Shown here: piece by piece, positions 1 through 9,171 of the stretch
Layout: the number at the start of each line of letters is the position of its first letter
Numbering within the stretch: position 1 is the first letter of the stretch
NCBI GenBank assembly: GCA_004524435.1
Contig: SDNO01000001.1
Span: forward strand, 1-50,856
Source of the DNA: Candidatus Thorarchaeota archaeon
GTDB taxonomy: Archaea > Asgardarchaeota > Thorarchaeia > Thorarchaeales > Thorarchaeaceae
DNA: 50,856 nt
Reading direction: 5' to 3'
Position numbers and translations under genes: made by a program
Notes under the pieces: model-generated
The model's database searches: none
What the model was told of the DNA's origin: nothing
What the model saw: only the letters and a program-made list of their open reading frames with translations

Positions 1-19
1 CAAGCTGAGCTATGGGCCC
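1..19 (-). tRNA. 5' fragment of a tRNA gene truncated by the window edge (identity undeterminable)
   Basis: The reverse complement of 1-19 reads GGGCCCATAGCTCAGCTTG. That is a 7-nt acceptor strand, UA, a GCUC D-stem and the start of the D-loop, as in a canonical archaeal tRNA 5' end. The rest lies outside the window. Confidence 0.55.
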
Positions 20-49
20 GTTATCCAGAATCATGCCCCCGAGCTCTCG

Positions 50-56
50 ATATTAA
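50..56 (-). promoter_or_regulatory. TATA-box-like element upstream of the truncated tRNA
   Basis: The minus strand reads TTAATAT about 30 nt upstream of the tRNA 5' end. A TTAATAA box sits at the same spacing upstream of tRNA-Glu at 1478. Confidence 0.3.
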
Positions 57-126
57 GCTTGCGAAACGCGGAGAATGTCATGTTTATCTGAGTCTGCATC
101 TACTCAGTTACTAGGAGATTCCCCGC

Positions 127-846
127 GTGAGAGAGCGCATACTTGGCCGGCTGGCCGTATATGCATCATCCCTCGGCCTATACCTGCCTGTCGCTGCTGG
201 CATTATCACACCCATGCTCTGGCTTCTTCCGGCGTGGTATACTGCATGGTATGTGGTTTCCTATATCTTCCCCTTCTCGGATATCTGGGGCGGACTATGG
301 ATCACTTGGAGCGACGGCCTCATCTCATCAGTTCTCTCCGTCTTTCTTGTGTTCTTTCAGGCATCCGCCTTCCTTGCTGGTATCATCTTGTTCCTCTGGG
401 CTCTTATGACCATGGTGCGAGAACGAGCGAAAGCCAAAGTCATAGTGGAATCTGGTCCTTACGCTCGAATCCGTCATCCTCAACACTTGGGGATAATCCT
501 GCTTGTCCTCTCCACATCACTGATCAATCCAATCCACTCAGCAGCTTGGTCTGGAATACGTCCGGGCGACCTGCTCTCTTGGTCCCTCATCGCATTCCTG
601 CTGATTGCCATTTCAGATTGGGAAGAGACTAGACTGCTTGGAGATATTGGAGAAGCCTACCGAGTCTATCAATCAAAGACTGCCTTCATGTTAATGGGGC
701 TCTCATGGATTCCCATCCACGAGGTACCGTCAGCACTAGAGAGAGGGAAACCCCTCCGCTATTTTGCTGCCTTCTTGGTCTACTGGTGTTTCATCTCCAT
801 CGTACTCTATGTATTCACGTTTGTTCCGCTTGTATGGACCCGCTGA
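127..846 (+). CDS. Isoprenylcysteine carboxyl methyltransferase (ICMT)/phospholipid methyltransferase-family integral membrane protein
   Basis: Multi-TM protein with the family motif GPYARIRHPQHLG, followed by EETRLLGDIGEAYRVYQSKT (the RHPxY..G ... EExxL..xFGxxYxxY pattern). GTG start. Confidence 0.75.
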   Translation: MRERILGRLAVYASSLGLYLPVAAGIITPMLWLLPAWYTAWYVVSYIFPFSDIWGGLWITWSDGLISSVLSVFLVFFQASAFLAGIILFLWALMTMVRERAKAKVIVESGPYARIRHPQHLGIILLVLSTSLINPIHSAAWSGIRPGDLLSWSLIAFLLIAISDWEETRLLGDIGEAYRVYQSKTAFMLMGLSWIPIHEVPSALERGKPLRYFAAFLVYWCFISIVLYVFTFVPLVWTR

Positions 847-967
847 AATGCGTAGTCGTCAGCTTCAGGAGATGTGACTGCCATTCCGTCTATCTGGCAG
901 CACCATTTCGTAGAGTCCGACCTTAAATGGTAACATCAGGACAACTAGAAAAGGACTGGACTCCCTG

Positions 968-1411
968 ATGATTCTTCTATTCACATCGAAGGATTGCACT
1001 TGGTGTGACCTTCTGAAGGACATGATACTCGAAGAGGCAGGTGTCTTTGGAGGTGACAGTGTAGTGTACGAGATTGATGTGGATCGGTACGCACGCATTG
1101 CCAAAGCGTATGGCATCATGACAGTTCCCACCATGGTAGCACGCTCTAGTACCCTCTCAGGCGTTCCAGAGCCCGACGATTTGAGATCCTTCATGTTTCG
1201 TGCTCTCTCTGAGAGAACTGCGGACTTTGGTGAGCCAGCTAGCGTGATAGACCACGCACTGCTACTACGTAAGGCGGAACTAACATCCGCAGAACACATC
1301 GCTGTTTCAATTGAACAAGAATCGAACACGGCAGAAGACTCATCCAGAGCAATGTTTCCCCCTCCCCTTTCGGAGAAGTCAAAGAAAGAACCCACCCCTC
1401 GTGCTTCCTGA
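968..1411 (+). CDS. Thioredoxin/glutaredoxin-fold protein with a disordered C-terminal extension
   Basis: N-terminal LFTSKDCTWCDLLK has a CxxC redox motif. A downstream cis-Pro-type TVPTMV segment follows. The C-terminal ~70 aa are low-complexity. Confidence 0.7.
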   Translation: MILLFTSKDCTWCDLLKDMILEEAGVFGGDSVVYEIDVDRYARIAKAYGIMTVPTMVARSSTLSGVPEPDDLRSFMFRALSERTADFGEPASVIDHALLLRKAELTSAEHIAVSIEQESNTAEDSSRAMFPPPLSEKSKKEPTPRAS

Positions 1412-1443
1412 CGCTCCGCCCCTTCTTTAGCACTTGCGCAATG

Positions 1444-1450
1444 TTAATAA
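1444..1450 (+). promoter_or_regulatory. TATA-box-like element for tRNA-Glu
   Basis: TTAATAA lies 27 nt upstream of the mature tRNA 5' end. Confidence 0.35.
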
Positions 1451-1477
1451 CATGAAGTCCGAGTCTGCACCGAATAG

Positions 1478-1555
1478 GCCCCGGTAGTGTAGCTCGGCCC
1501 AGCATCTCGGACTTTCGATCCGACGACCCGGGTTCAAATCCCGGCCGGGGCACCA
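1478..1555 (+). tRNA. tRNA-Glu (anticodon UUC) with genomically encoded CCA
   Basis: A manual cloverleaf fits: acceptor GCCCCGG/CCGGGGC, D-stem GTGT/GCAT, anticodon stem TCGGA/TCCGA with loop CTTTCGA (anticodon TTC), T-arm CCGGG-TTCAAAT-CCCGG, discriminator A, then CCA. Confidence 0.95.
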
Positions 1556-1571
1556 CACGTTCTATCTTCTC

Positions 1572-2426
1572 TCAAAACTGCAAGATCATGTTCAAATCGG
1601 CAGAATCGTAGGAATGGGTCAGCGCTCCGGATGAGATGACATCAAGCCCACTCTTCGCATATTCCTCAGCGTTATCTTCATCCATGCCCCCGGAGCCCTC
1701 TAGGATGATTCTATTCCTGAGTCCCCTCTCTTGGAGTACTTCGTGGATGTTCTTGATCTGCTTAGGTGTCAGATTGTCCAGAAGTACGATATTTGCTCCC
1801 CCTTCCACGGCCTCCAGTGTTTCGCTCAGCGAACTGACCTCACATGAAATCTTCTTCGAGAAGGAAACGGATTCCTTTGCTGCACGCACCGCCTGAGAAA
1901 CACCCCCCATGGCCGTGATGTGGTTGTTCTTGATTAGAACCATATCGTCAAGTGCGTAGCGATGTGTGTCTCCTCCGCCAATCTGTACTGCTCGTTTCTC
2001 AAAGAAGCGAAAGCCAGGAGTCGTCTTTCTGGTAGCTGCGACCATTATGGAGGGGTTTCCTCTCCGGGCAGCCTCAAGCATACGATAGGTCTTGGCTGCA
2101 ATCCCACTCATCCTCATCATTATGTTCAGAATGACTCGTTCCACAGTGAGAAGTGTTCTTGCCTGTCCTGTGAGTTTCAGAATCGCTGCACTGGGTGATA
2201 CCCAATTACCCTCGAACACCAAAATCTTGTGTTCAAGTCCGGTCATGGTGGCAACGGCTACTGCTTCTTTCACTCCTGCCACGATTGTCTTACATTTCGC
2301 ATAGACTGTCCCGACAGCTTCAGCGGTCAGCGGTCCCATCAAGTCGGTGGTCAGGTCTCCAGATCTGACATCTTCATCCAGGAATCCTCGGAGCGCATCG
2401 ATAGCTCCGGGAGGTAGTTCGTTCAT
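1572..2426 (-). CDS. nadC: Nicotinate-nucleotide pyrophosphorylase (quinolinate phosphoribosyltransferase)
   Basis: Full-length match to the NadC pattern: TVERVILNIMMRMSGIAAKT, ATRKTTPGFRFFEKRAVQIGGGDTHRYALDDMVLIKNNH. Confidence 0.93.
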   Translation of the reverse strand: MNELPPGAIDALRGFLDEDVRSGDLTTDLMGPLTAEAVGTVYAKCKTIVAGVKEAVAVATMTGLEHKILVFEGNWVSPSAAILKLTGQARTLLTVERVILNIMMRMSGIAAKTYRMLEAARRGNPSIMVAATRKTTPGFRFFEKRAVQIGGGDTHRYALDDMVLIKNNHITAMGGVSQAVRAAKESVSFSKKISCEVSSLSETLEAVEGGANIVLLDNLTPKQIKNIHEVLQERGLRNRIILEGSGGMDEDNAEEYAKSGLDVISSGALTHSYDSADLNMILQF

Positions 2427-2432
2427 GGTTTG

Positions 2433-3068
2433 CTAGCTCCTGCAGACATCTCCCTTGGGGTTTCTAATGACTTCACCTTTTGGCTTCTTCTCTCCGAATA
2501 CGTCCGCCTGAAACGAGTAGAACTCTGTCTGGTGGTCCATCCACGCGTTCTTTGGTAGGCCAGCTTTGTTACAAGTGTGTTCCAAGAACTCTTTCACATC
2601 CCATCCCCATTCCAGTGGGACTTGTGGGAGAAGGAGACCTCGCCAAGCTCCTCTAGCAGCAATCAGACCATCTCGACCGACCTTGACCTTCTCCAGTAAT
2701 TCCTTGGGATCAGTGTATTCGATCTTCTCAGGGGGTGTCAGGACACTGAGGTCAAGCGCAATTGAGTCCAGCTCCTCTGCCGTAACCGGAGGAAATCTCG
2801 GATCGTTTACGGCAGCATCTATTGCTGATTGAATTGTTGCCTGTATGAGGGGCTCTGTGGGATAGGGTCTTCCAATACATCCTCTTAGCGCAGTCTGATT
2901 TCCTTGTATCTTGTTGAGAGTGACAAAGACACCAGATTTGACGCGAAGATGGCTGGGGGTAGCTTCGGGGATCTCTATCTCCCTCTTTTCTTTCAAGTAT
3001 TTCTCCAGTGCCTGCCGCGCGATCTTTACCAGAAATCTTCCATCCTCAATCTCATACGCATGTTCCAA
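2433..3068 (-). CDS. AMMECR1 domain protein
   Basis: Signature LRGCIGRPYP and typical size (211 aa). Confidence 0.9.
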   Translation of the reverse strand: MEHAYEIEDGRFLVKIARQALEKYLKEKREIEIPEATPSHLRVKSGVFVTLNKIQGNQTALRGCIGRPYPTEPLIQATIQSAIDAAVNDPRFPPVTAEELDSIALDLSVLTPPEKIEYTDPKELLEKVKVGRDGLIAARGAWRGLLLPQVPLEWGWDVKEFLEHTCNKAGLPKNAWMDHQTEFYSFQADVFGEKKPKGEVIRNPKGDVCRS

Positions 3069-3111
3069 CTCTCTTTCACCGCTGCAGTTTCAAACAGGTG
3101 AACAGTTGCCG

Positions 3112-4425
3112 TTAACGTTTTCGCAATGGAACCCTTCCTGCCCGCCCAGCCTCGATGACGAATCTCCCGTGACTGAAGACTATCTCTCCCCCCACTATAG
3201 TCATGACAGGACGAGCCAGTACGCGATATCCTTCGAAGGGAGTGATCTTCGCCTTGGAGAAGAATCTGTCTCCCCGTATCCTGTATTCCTCTCTTGACAC
3301 TACTATGATGTCAGCATCATACCCCTTCGCTAGAACACCCTTATCTGATAGTCCCACTATCTCAGCAGGTACAGAACAGCACACTCGTAGGTAATCAACC
3401 CATGAGAGTCTTCCGTCGAATACTTGAGTCAAGAGGAGCGGAACAGTTGTTTCAAGCCCTGGAATACCCGATGCAGCCTTCAGGAATTCGGCTCTCTTCT
3501 TCTCCTCTGTGTGTGGGGCATGGTCTGACGCCACACAGTCAATTGCGCATTTGTCACACAACATCTGTCTGAGGACCTGATGATCATACGGTGAACGCAA
3601 CGGGGGTAGCATCTTGGCCACTCCGTCATTGTTGGGAAACTGATCCCCTGAGAGTAACAGATGATGGGGCGTGACCTCTGCAGTCAAAGAGTCCTCGGCA
3701 CGGCTCTGGGCAATAAGCCGAGCGGCGCTGGCACAACTCACATGACACACATGAATCCGGCCGTCTATCCTCCGCTTTGCGTCTATGAACCTTTTCAACG
3801 ACTCACATTCACTGTCGCAGTCATGAACTACGAAATGATCCTGAATAGTCAGTATTGGCGCGTTCTTGTTAGAGGAATCAGGATGGAACATAAGAGGCAG
3901 ACCGTGTTGTTTCGCCAGTGCTAAACAGTCTTCTATTCTCCTTCTCGTATACTTGGTGCCTTCTGTCAAGGGGGCATGAGGATAGACCTTCAGGCCAAGA
4001 ATATCAGGAACAAGGGTTTCATCAAAGTCTTCGACACGCTTGGGAATCCCTGCGTAGAATCCCACATTCACATATCGATTCAATTCTGCATTGGCAATCT
4101 TTTTGTCCAGAACGTCACGGCTGAGAACTGGTGGGACAGAATTAGGCATATCAAGGACTGTAGTCACCCCTCCGGCAGCAGCAGCCATTGTACCTGTACG
4201 ATAGTCTTCTTGTGCCTCTTGTTCCAAATCACGAAGGTGTACGTGGATGTCAACCATTCCCGGCAAGACATAGAGATTGCTACAATCGATGACCCTGTTG
4301 GCAGACGGCTCCTGTCCGATGGGATATATACCCTCTATCTTGTCCGATTTCACACCGATAGAACGCACTTCCTCTCTACCGCCCACAACGACGGTAGCAT
4401 CATTGAGGAGCAGATCAACTGACAT
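3112..4425 (-). CDS. pyrC: Dihydroorotase (cyclic amidohydrolase superfamily)
   Basis: Metal-binding VDIHVHLRD near the N-terminus and SDHAPH near the C-terminus, 437 aa. A closely related amidohydrolase (allantoinase or hydantoinase) cannot be fully excluded. Confidence 0.82.
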   Translation of the reverse strand: MSVDLLLNDATVVVGGREEVRSIGVKSDKIEGIYPIGQEPSANRVIDCSNLYVLPGMVDIHVHLRDLEQEAQEDYRTGTMAAAAGGVTTVLDMPNSVPPVLSRDVLDKKIANAELNRYVNVGFYAGIPKRVEDFDETLVPDILGLKVYPHAPLTEGTKYTRRRIEDCLALAKQHGLPLMFHPDSSNKNAPILTIQDHFVVHDCDSECESLKRFIDAKRRIDGRIHVCHVSCASAARLIAQSRAEDSLTAEVTPHHLLLSGDQFPNNDGVAKMLPPLRSPYDHQVLRQMLCDKCAIDCVASDHAPHTEEKKRAEFLKAASGIPGLETTVPLLLTQVFDGRLSWVDYLRVCCSVPAEIVGLSDKGVLAKGYDADIIVVSREEYRIRGDRFFSKAKITPFEGYRVLARPVMTIVGGEIVFSHGRFVIEAGRAGRVPLRKR

Positions 4426-4467
4426 GCACTATCACAAGAGCGGTGTAGGAACCGCCTCTTAATTGTC

Positions 4468-5286
4468 CTACTCTTTTTCCGTAGGTATCTTGAACTTGTT
4501 GGCGACAAACCGTGCGAAGTCCGTATTGCTGATTATCCCCACGATGGCATTTCCCTCTTCCACTACCGGAAGCGTGTTCAAGCCGTTGTCAAGCATAATT
4601 GTAGCTGCTTCTGCAATGGAGTCATCTGGTCCAACCATAGGCGGCTGCTGAGCCATAGCGTCTACTACCCTGAGAAGTCTCACCTGATTTGCGCGATACT
4701 TGTCAGGTACCTCGACACTGAAGCGAGCCATAGCTTCCGCCACCATCTTCTCTGTGAGAAGGCCAAGGACCCGCTTTCCGTCTGTCACAGGGAGCCCCGA
4801 ATATCCGGCTGTCAGCATATCGCTTCTAGCCTTGATGAGACGCTCAACTGGATTCACAAGTAAGAGGTCTTCGGAAGTCATAAGGTCCTTTACCTTCACA
4901 TCAGTGAATTTCTTCATGAGCTCCGTGAGATCCGTTTTTGTGATCACTCCAACGAGCTCTCCCTCATCATCAATGACTGGACATCCACTCATCCCCCTCT
5001 CAATCATGAGGTTGGCAACAACCGTGATGTCATGATTCGGCCTGACACTGATAACAGTGTCAGACATAGCACTCGATACATGCAGTCTTCCAATGGAGAC
5101 TGCGACTACTTTACTTACTCCCAGCCTATCTGCAATATCGGCATAGGTAATGATTCCCGTGACTTCCTTATCATCGATTACAACCAGTCTGCCTACGCCT
5201 TTTTTGTCCAGCAGATCCAGAGCATAGGATAGCCTCTGGTCTTTATCAATTGTCACTGGTTCGCTCATTATCTGGCTAACTTCCAA
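4468..5286 (-). CDS. CBS-domain protein (four tandem CBS repeats)
   Basis: The CBS pattern repeats (e.g. GCPVIDDEGELVGVITKTDL, GLPVTDGKRVLGLLTEKMV, TLPVVEEGNAIVGIISNTDF). Confidence 0.85.
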   Translation of the reverse strand: MEVSQIMSEPVTIDKDQRLSYALDLLDKKGVGRLVVIDDKEVTGIITYADIADRLGVSKVVAVSIGRLHVSSAMSDTVISVRPNHDITVVANLMIERGMSGCPVIDDEGELVGVITKTDLTELMKKFTDVKVKDLMTSEDLLLVNPVERLIKARSDMLTAGYSGLPVTDGKRVLGLLTEKMVAEAMARFSVEVPDKYRANQVRLLRVVDAMAQQPPMVGPDDSIAEAATIMLDNGLNTLPVVEEGNAIVGIISNTDFARFVANKFKIPTEKE

Positions 5287-5345
5287 CTACTGCGCCTCCC
5301 AAACGGTATTTCCAACTAAGGGTTATCTGAATCAAAATTTCTCAA

Positions 5346-5909
5346 CTAACTGCGACAGCTCTCACACAGGTAACGTCCATCTTGCATTGCAAGATCGGTT
5401 GAGTATTCTCCGCAACTATCACAGATTCCGCCGTACGCGACTAGTTCATCCTCGTCAACTTCTCGTCGTGCAGGCTCTCCTCGCACTCTCAATGACTCGA
5501 CAAGGATGTCAATCAGCTCGGGTGACCACTGCAAGATGTCGCGAGAGGTCAAGATACCGGCCAGAGTGTGATTCTTCAGGACTATGAGTCTCCTGATTCC
5601 GCTTTTTGCCATCACGCGCATAGCCTCAGTCAGACCCGTTGCCGGCGTGACATGAATCAGAGGTGCCGACATTATTTCCCGTGCAGCCGTTGTCTGTGGG
5701 TCTATCTCCCTCGCAATTACTCTTCTAATAAGATCCGTTTCACTGATTATTCCCAAGGGTCGCTCTCCTTCAGCAATCACTATGGAACCGATGTCCATGT
5801 CGGTCATTGTTTTTGCTACTTCAAAGACAGTGGCAGTAGGTGCCATGGTAACAACGTCATGAGTCATGATGTCACGCACCGACATGCTGTGCTGGGCTGG
5901 ATTCGTCAT
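5346..5909 (-). CDS. CBS-pair protein with a C-terminal zinc ribbon
   Basis: Two CBS repeats (IVIAEGERPLGIISETDL; RLIVLKNHTLAGILTSRDI) followed by CDSCGEY-x15-CESC. Confidence 0.85.
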   Translation of the reverse strand: MTNPAQHSMSVRDIMTHDVVTMAPTATVFEVAKTMTDMDIGSIVIAEGERPLGIISETDLIRRVIAREIDPQTTAAREIMSAPLIHVTPATGLTEAMRVMAKSGIRRLIVLKNHTLAGILTSRDILQWSPELIDILVESLRVRGEPARREVDEDELVAYGGICDSCGEYSTDLAMQDGRYLCESCRS

Positions 5910-6037
5910 TTTATCGACCTCAAGCTACTCAGGAACTTGGCAGTTGGTACCCATCACGTCGATGGACACCACGGAAGAGTGCGAATTTGTTCGATTAAAA
6001 AGCTTATCTAATCGTCCTGTTCCTCGCTTCGACTCCT

Positions 6038-8044
6038 TCAGCGCTTCAGTACCCCTTCACCAGGAGGAAGTACTCTCATCATCTCTTCTTCAGGCATGCG
6101 GGAGACAAGATGTGTTTGATTGTCAGGAACCAATAGCTCAAGGGCATTCATGATATCCTTGACAAGCTGACCCTTCTTGTCTCCTCCAGGAACTACCTTC
6201 ACATGATATTGTGTATTCGCCTCTACAGCTGTTGGTGGTCCAGAGAATGGAATGGCATGCTCTTCCTCGAGTAAGACTCCTACCCGAAGCTCCACAGGCA
6301 CATTCTTGAGAAAGTTCTTGTTTCCATAGATCATGACCGCCCCCGACGGAAGGTACTCTCCCGAGGGCGGTGTAAAGCTCACCTGTTCCGGGTTGACCCA
6401 GTAGGCGTCTCCTGCTGTCAACCCATCTTGCCATGCTCGTGAAAAAGTGATTGCGAATTGGGCGGCTTCCCACAGGGTCTGTTCTCCTGGAGGTTTGTCG
6501 GGCACCTTTATCACGGTGTACGGAGCCCCATGTACCGCCGCATGCAGGAAGACATCATTCGGTCCCATGTGTTTCTTTGCGATTGCTTCATTGGTTCGTG
6601 CGTCTCTTCCACCTATGACAAGATAGTCCTCTGACGAAATGAACCAACGATACTTCTCATACCAGCGTTTCTTTCTAACCTTGATCGGAACAGGCTCTTC
6701 GGTTTCTTCAATGTCCGAGAGATCCAAGTCTGAAAGCTTCTCTCGCGTCTTGGCAATCTGCTTCTTGGCCCCCTCCACCCTATGTTCGGCTTTCTTTGCG
6801 CTCTCATATGCTCGCGATGCATTCTCTTGTGGAGTCTTTCGGATATCTAGTACAATCTCTTGATCTTGCAACTCCACTACGACCTCTCCCTGAGACGGGA
6901 CTATTTTCGCAATTCTCTGCGCCACTTCATTTCCTTGCTTTTTGCCCTCGCCTATGGTACGCTCAATCTCCTCCCAAGAGACTCCCTCTGACCTCGCCTC
7001 TCTAATAGTCTCGAGGATATCTGTCACAATCTGGAAATGCATGTATACCAGCTCTCCTGCGTTGCGCTGTTCCTCTGCCTTCTGAAGAAGGACATCAACA
7101 TTCTCTTGTTGTTTCTCTATGATTGTCTTGAGCCGTCTTCGTTCTTCCTGCAAAGCTTCAATATCAGGTGTTTCTTGGTCCATCTCTTCTTCAGTGACAC
7201 CAAAATATTCGTCTAGCGTTTGGCTGAAACTATCAAAGACGGTCTGAGGGTGCTCGTTGAAGGTCTCGAATCTGAAGGGGACAAACGCTATCGGTTCGGA
7301 CTCATCATCCTCATCATAGATGACTCTTGGTTCATCTACTCCGCCTCTTATCCTACGTCCAAACTCTTCAATTCCTTGCTTCAGTGCCTCCAGTGCCCCC
7401 TCCTCGATATCCCTCATCTTAGAGCCGGCCTCTACGTCTGCTAGCGCACATATCTCTTCACAGCTCAGAGAATCCAGATTCAGTTTTCTTGTCAGTGTCC
7501 TTATGACGCTCGAATCAGAGTCCGTGAGCACATCCTCAATTGCTGCATCATCCAGTTTGAACACATTGCTGCCTCTCTGCGGAGGGAATTCATAGACCTC
7601 CTTCGGAACAAGATCCCTATCTCGCATCTTCCTGTATTGAAGAGCAATGAATATCACGTCATCATTGTCGAGAAGAAGCAGATTCCCTCTACCAAATAGC
7701 TCTGCCACCAACTTGTGAGATTCCTCGTCGTCACCCACCTCAATAGTGACAATTCTGTCCAGCTCATGCTGTTCTATAGCTATAATCCGTCTGTCACGTA
7801 GATACTTCCTGAGCACACTCACGAACTTACGAGGCATCTTGGGTGCGACACGCCGATAGTTGGTAAGGTGAATCCTATGTCCTGGTTCAATGAGCAGCTG
7901 AACCGTCCCCTCGCCAGGCTGATATACCTTGAGAACAAACACGTCCCCGTATTGGTACACATTCTTGATGAATGCACCCTGAGCTGCTTCACGCATCTCA
8001 TCCATCATGATTCTGATATCTACGTTGCTCATTGCGTCCTTCAT
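6038..8044 (-). CDS. NFACT-family protein (archaeal Rqc2/NEMF/FbpA homologue, ribosome quality control)
   Basis: NFACT-N-like N-terminus, a central coiled coil, and an NFACT-R/DUF814-like segment (RWFISSEDYLVIGGRDARTNE...DVFLHAAVHGAPYTVIK). 668 aa. Confidence 0.9.
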   Translation of the reverse strand: MKDAMSNVDIRIMMDEMREAAQGAFIKNVYQYGDVFVLKVYQPGEGTVQLLIEPGHRIHLTNYRRVAPKMPRKFVSVLRKYLRDRRIIAIEQHELDRIVTIEVGDDEESHKLVAELFGRGNLLLLDNDDVIFIALQYRKMRDRDLVPKEVYEFPPQRGSNVFKLDDAAIEDVLTDSDSSVIRTLTRKLNLDSLSCEEICALADVEAGSKMRDIEEGALEALKQGIEEFGRRIRGGVDEPRVIYDEDDESEPIAFVPFRFETFNEHPQTVFDSFSQTLDEYFGVTEEEMDQETPDIEALQEERRRLKTIIEKQQENVDVLLQKAEEQRNAGELVYMHFQIVTDILETIREARSEGVSWEEIERTIGEGKKQGNEVAQRIAKIVPSQGEVVVELQDQEIVLDIRKTPQENASRAYESAKKAEHRVEGAKKQIAKTREKLSDLDLSDIEETEEPVPIKVRKKRWYEKYRWFISSEDYLVIGGRDARTNEAIAKKHMGPNDVFLHAAVHGAPYTVIKVPDKPPGEQTLWEAAQFAITFSRAWQDGLTAGDAYWVNPEQVSFTPPSGEYLPSGAVMIYGNKNFLKNVPVELRVGVLLEEEHAIPFSGPPTAVEANTQYHVKVVPGGDKKGQLVKDIMNALELLVPDNQTHLVSRMPEEEMMRVLPPGEGVLKR

Positions 8045-8116
8045 TTCAATTTCTCATCGAACCGAGGATTTTATAACGTAGTCGATTGACGAACCCTTAC
8101 ACCTAAGGTGTACCAT

Positions 8117-8491
8117 ATGGACCCGCTTAAGAATCTCTTCAAGACTATGTTCGGCAGATGGGACGGCGACCCTGACAACCAAGACTACTACGTCAAGATA
8201 TTCTTTGCTTTCATAAGCGCTATCGTATGTGCTTTGGGCGGACAGGCTTTCGCAGGAGTTAGGGGCCTCTGGTTGGGCCTCCTCATCTATGTACTCTCTC
8301 TGTTTGTAATTGTCTATCTGCTTGAAATCAATCCCGAAGAGATCGGTGGCCGACAGAAACTCATCACCAAGACCCTCCCATCCTACCTGTTGTTGTGGGT
8401 GCTTCTCTGGTCATTGCTCTATGGCTTTGTCGTTCCCCCGGGTTCCTTCGAGGGCCAAATCATCTCTCTTTTGAAGAATCTCGCGTTGTAG
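8117..8491 (+). CDS. Small 3-TM membrane protein, EMC6/Rab5ip-like
   Basis: AAGGTG Shine-Dalgarno 6 nt before the ATG at 8117. Gly-rich TM1, then TM2, a charged loop, and TM3 ending LLWSLLYGFV. See finding. Confidence 0.6.
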   Translation: MDPLKNLFKTMFGRWDGDPDNQDYYVKIFFAFISAIVCALGGQAFAGVRGLWLGLLIYVLSLFVIVYLLEINPEEIGGRQKLITKTLPSYLLLWVLLWSLLYGFVVPPGSFEGQIISLLKNLAL

Positions 8492-8682
8492 AATTCTCAA
8501 AGACACGACCCTGCCTCATTATAACCGGGATTCCAGATTCATTCCTCCTCAACGAGACCCCTTGTACTTGGCGATTATCACAAATCTATTCTGAGAACTT
8601 GCGAACCACACAACTCTTAATAGAGTTCGAAGGAATCTCCGGTAGATTCTCCTAAAGGAACCTCATCTAGGTGTTTTGTAGT

Positions 8683-9171
8683 ATGGATAAGCTAGACCGC
8701 GATATCATCAGACTGCTTCAAAGGAACGCACGGATGCCCTTTACCAAGATTGCCGAAGAACTGGGAAAACCGGACACAACAATACACTTTCGAACACGTC
8801 AATTGGTGGAGAAGGGCATTGTGAAAAAGTTCGGAGCAGTGATTTCCCCCGAGTCCTATGAGTATACTACTGCAGGTCTCCTAGAAATCGAGATTGGTGG
8901 GCACATACTTCCGGAGATAAGTCACGACCGAACAATCTCATTTGCCAAAGAACTTGCAGAGCAAGAGCAGTTTCTCTGGATTAGCGTTGACAAAGAACCC
9001 ATGAAAATTCATGCACTTCTCATGGCAAGGGACGAGGATGACCTAGACCAGCGAGTACAGGTCATAAAGAAATCTCCCGATGTTGTGAATATCTCATCTA
9101 CTCCTCTTGCCACAGTTGTCAAGGGCTGGGAGATCACGGAAACTCCACAGGGGAGGGACACGGGTGAATGA
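8683..9171 (+). CDS. Lrp/AsnC-family transcriptional regulator
   Basis: HTH region LDRDIIRLLQRNARMPFTKIAEELGKPDTTIHFRTRQLVEKGIV plus a C-terminal RAM-like domain. The ATG at 8683 is preferred over the GTG at 8671. Confidence 0.88.
   Translation: MDKLDRDIIRLLQRNARMPFTKIAEELGKPDTTIHFRTRQLVEKGIVKKFGAVISPESYEYTTAGLLEIEIGGHILPEISHDRTISFAKELAEQEQFLWISVDKEPMKIHALLMARDEDDLDQRVQVIKKSPDVVNISSTPLATVVKGWEITETPQGRDTGE

Noticed and set aside
75-632. Alternative-frame ORFs 75-632 and 143-409 overlapping the ICMT-like gene
   Set aside because: Only the 127-846 frame carries a recognisable family motif and TM periodicity. The others are Cys/His/Pro/Ser/Arg-rich frame artefacts.
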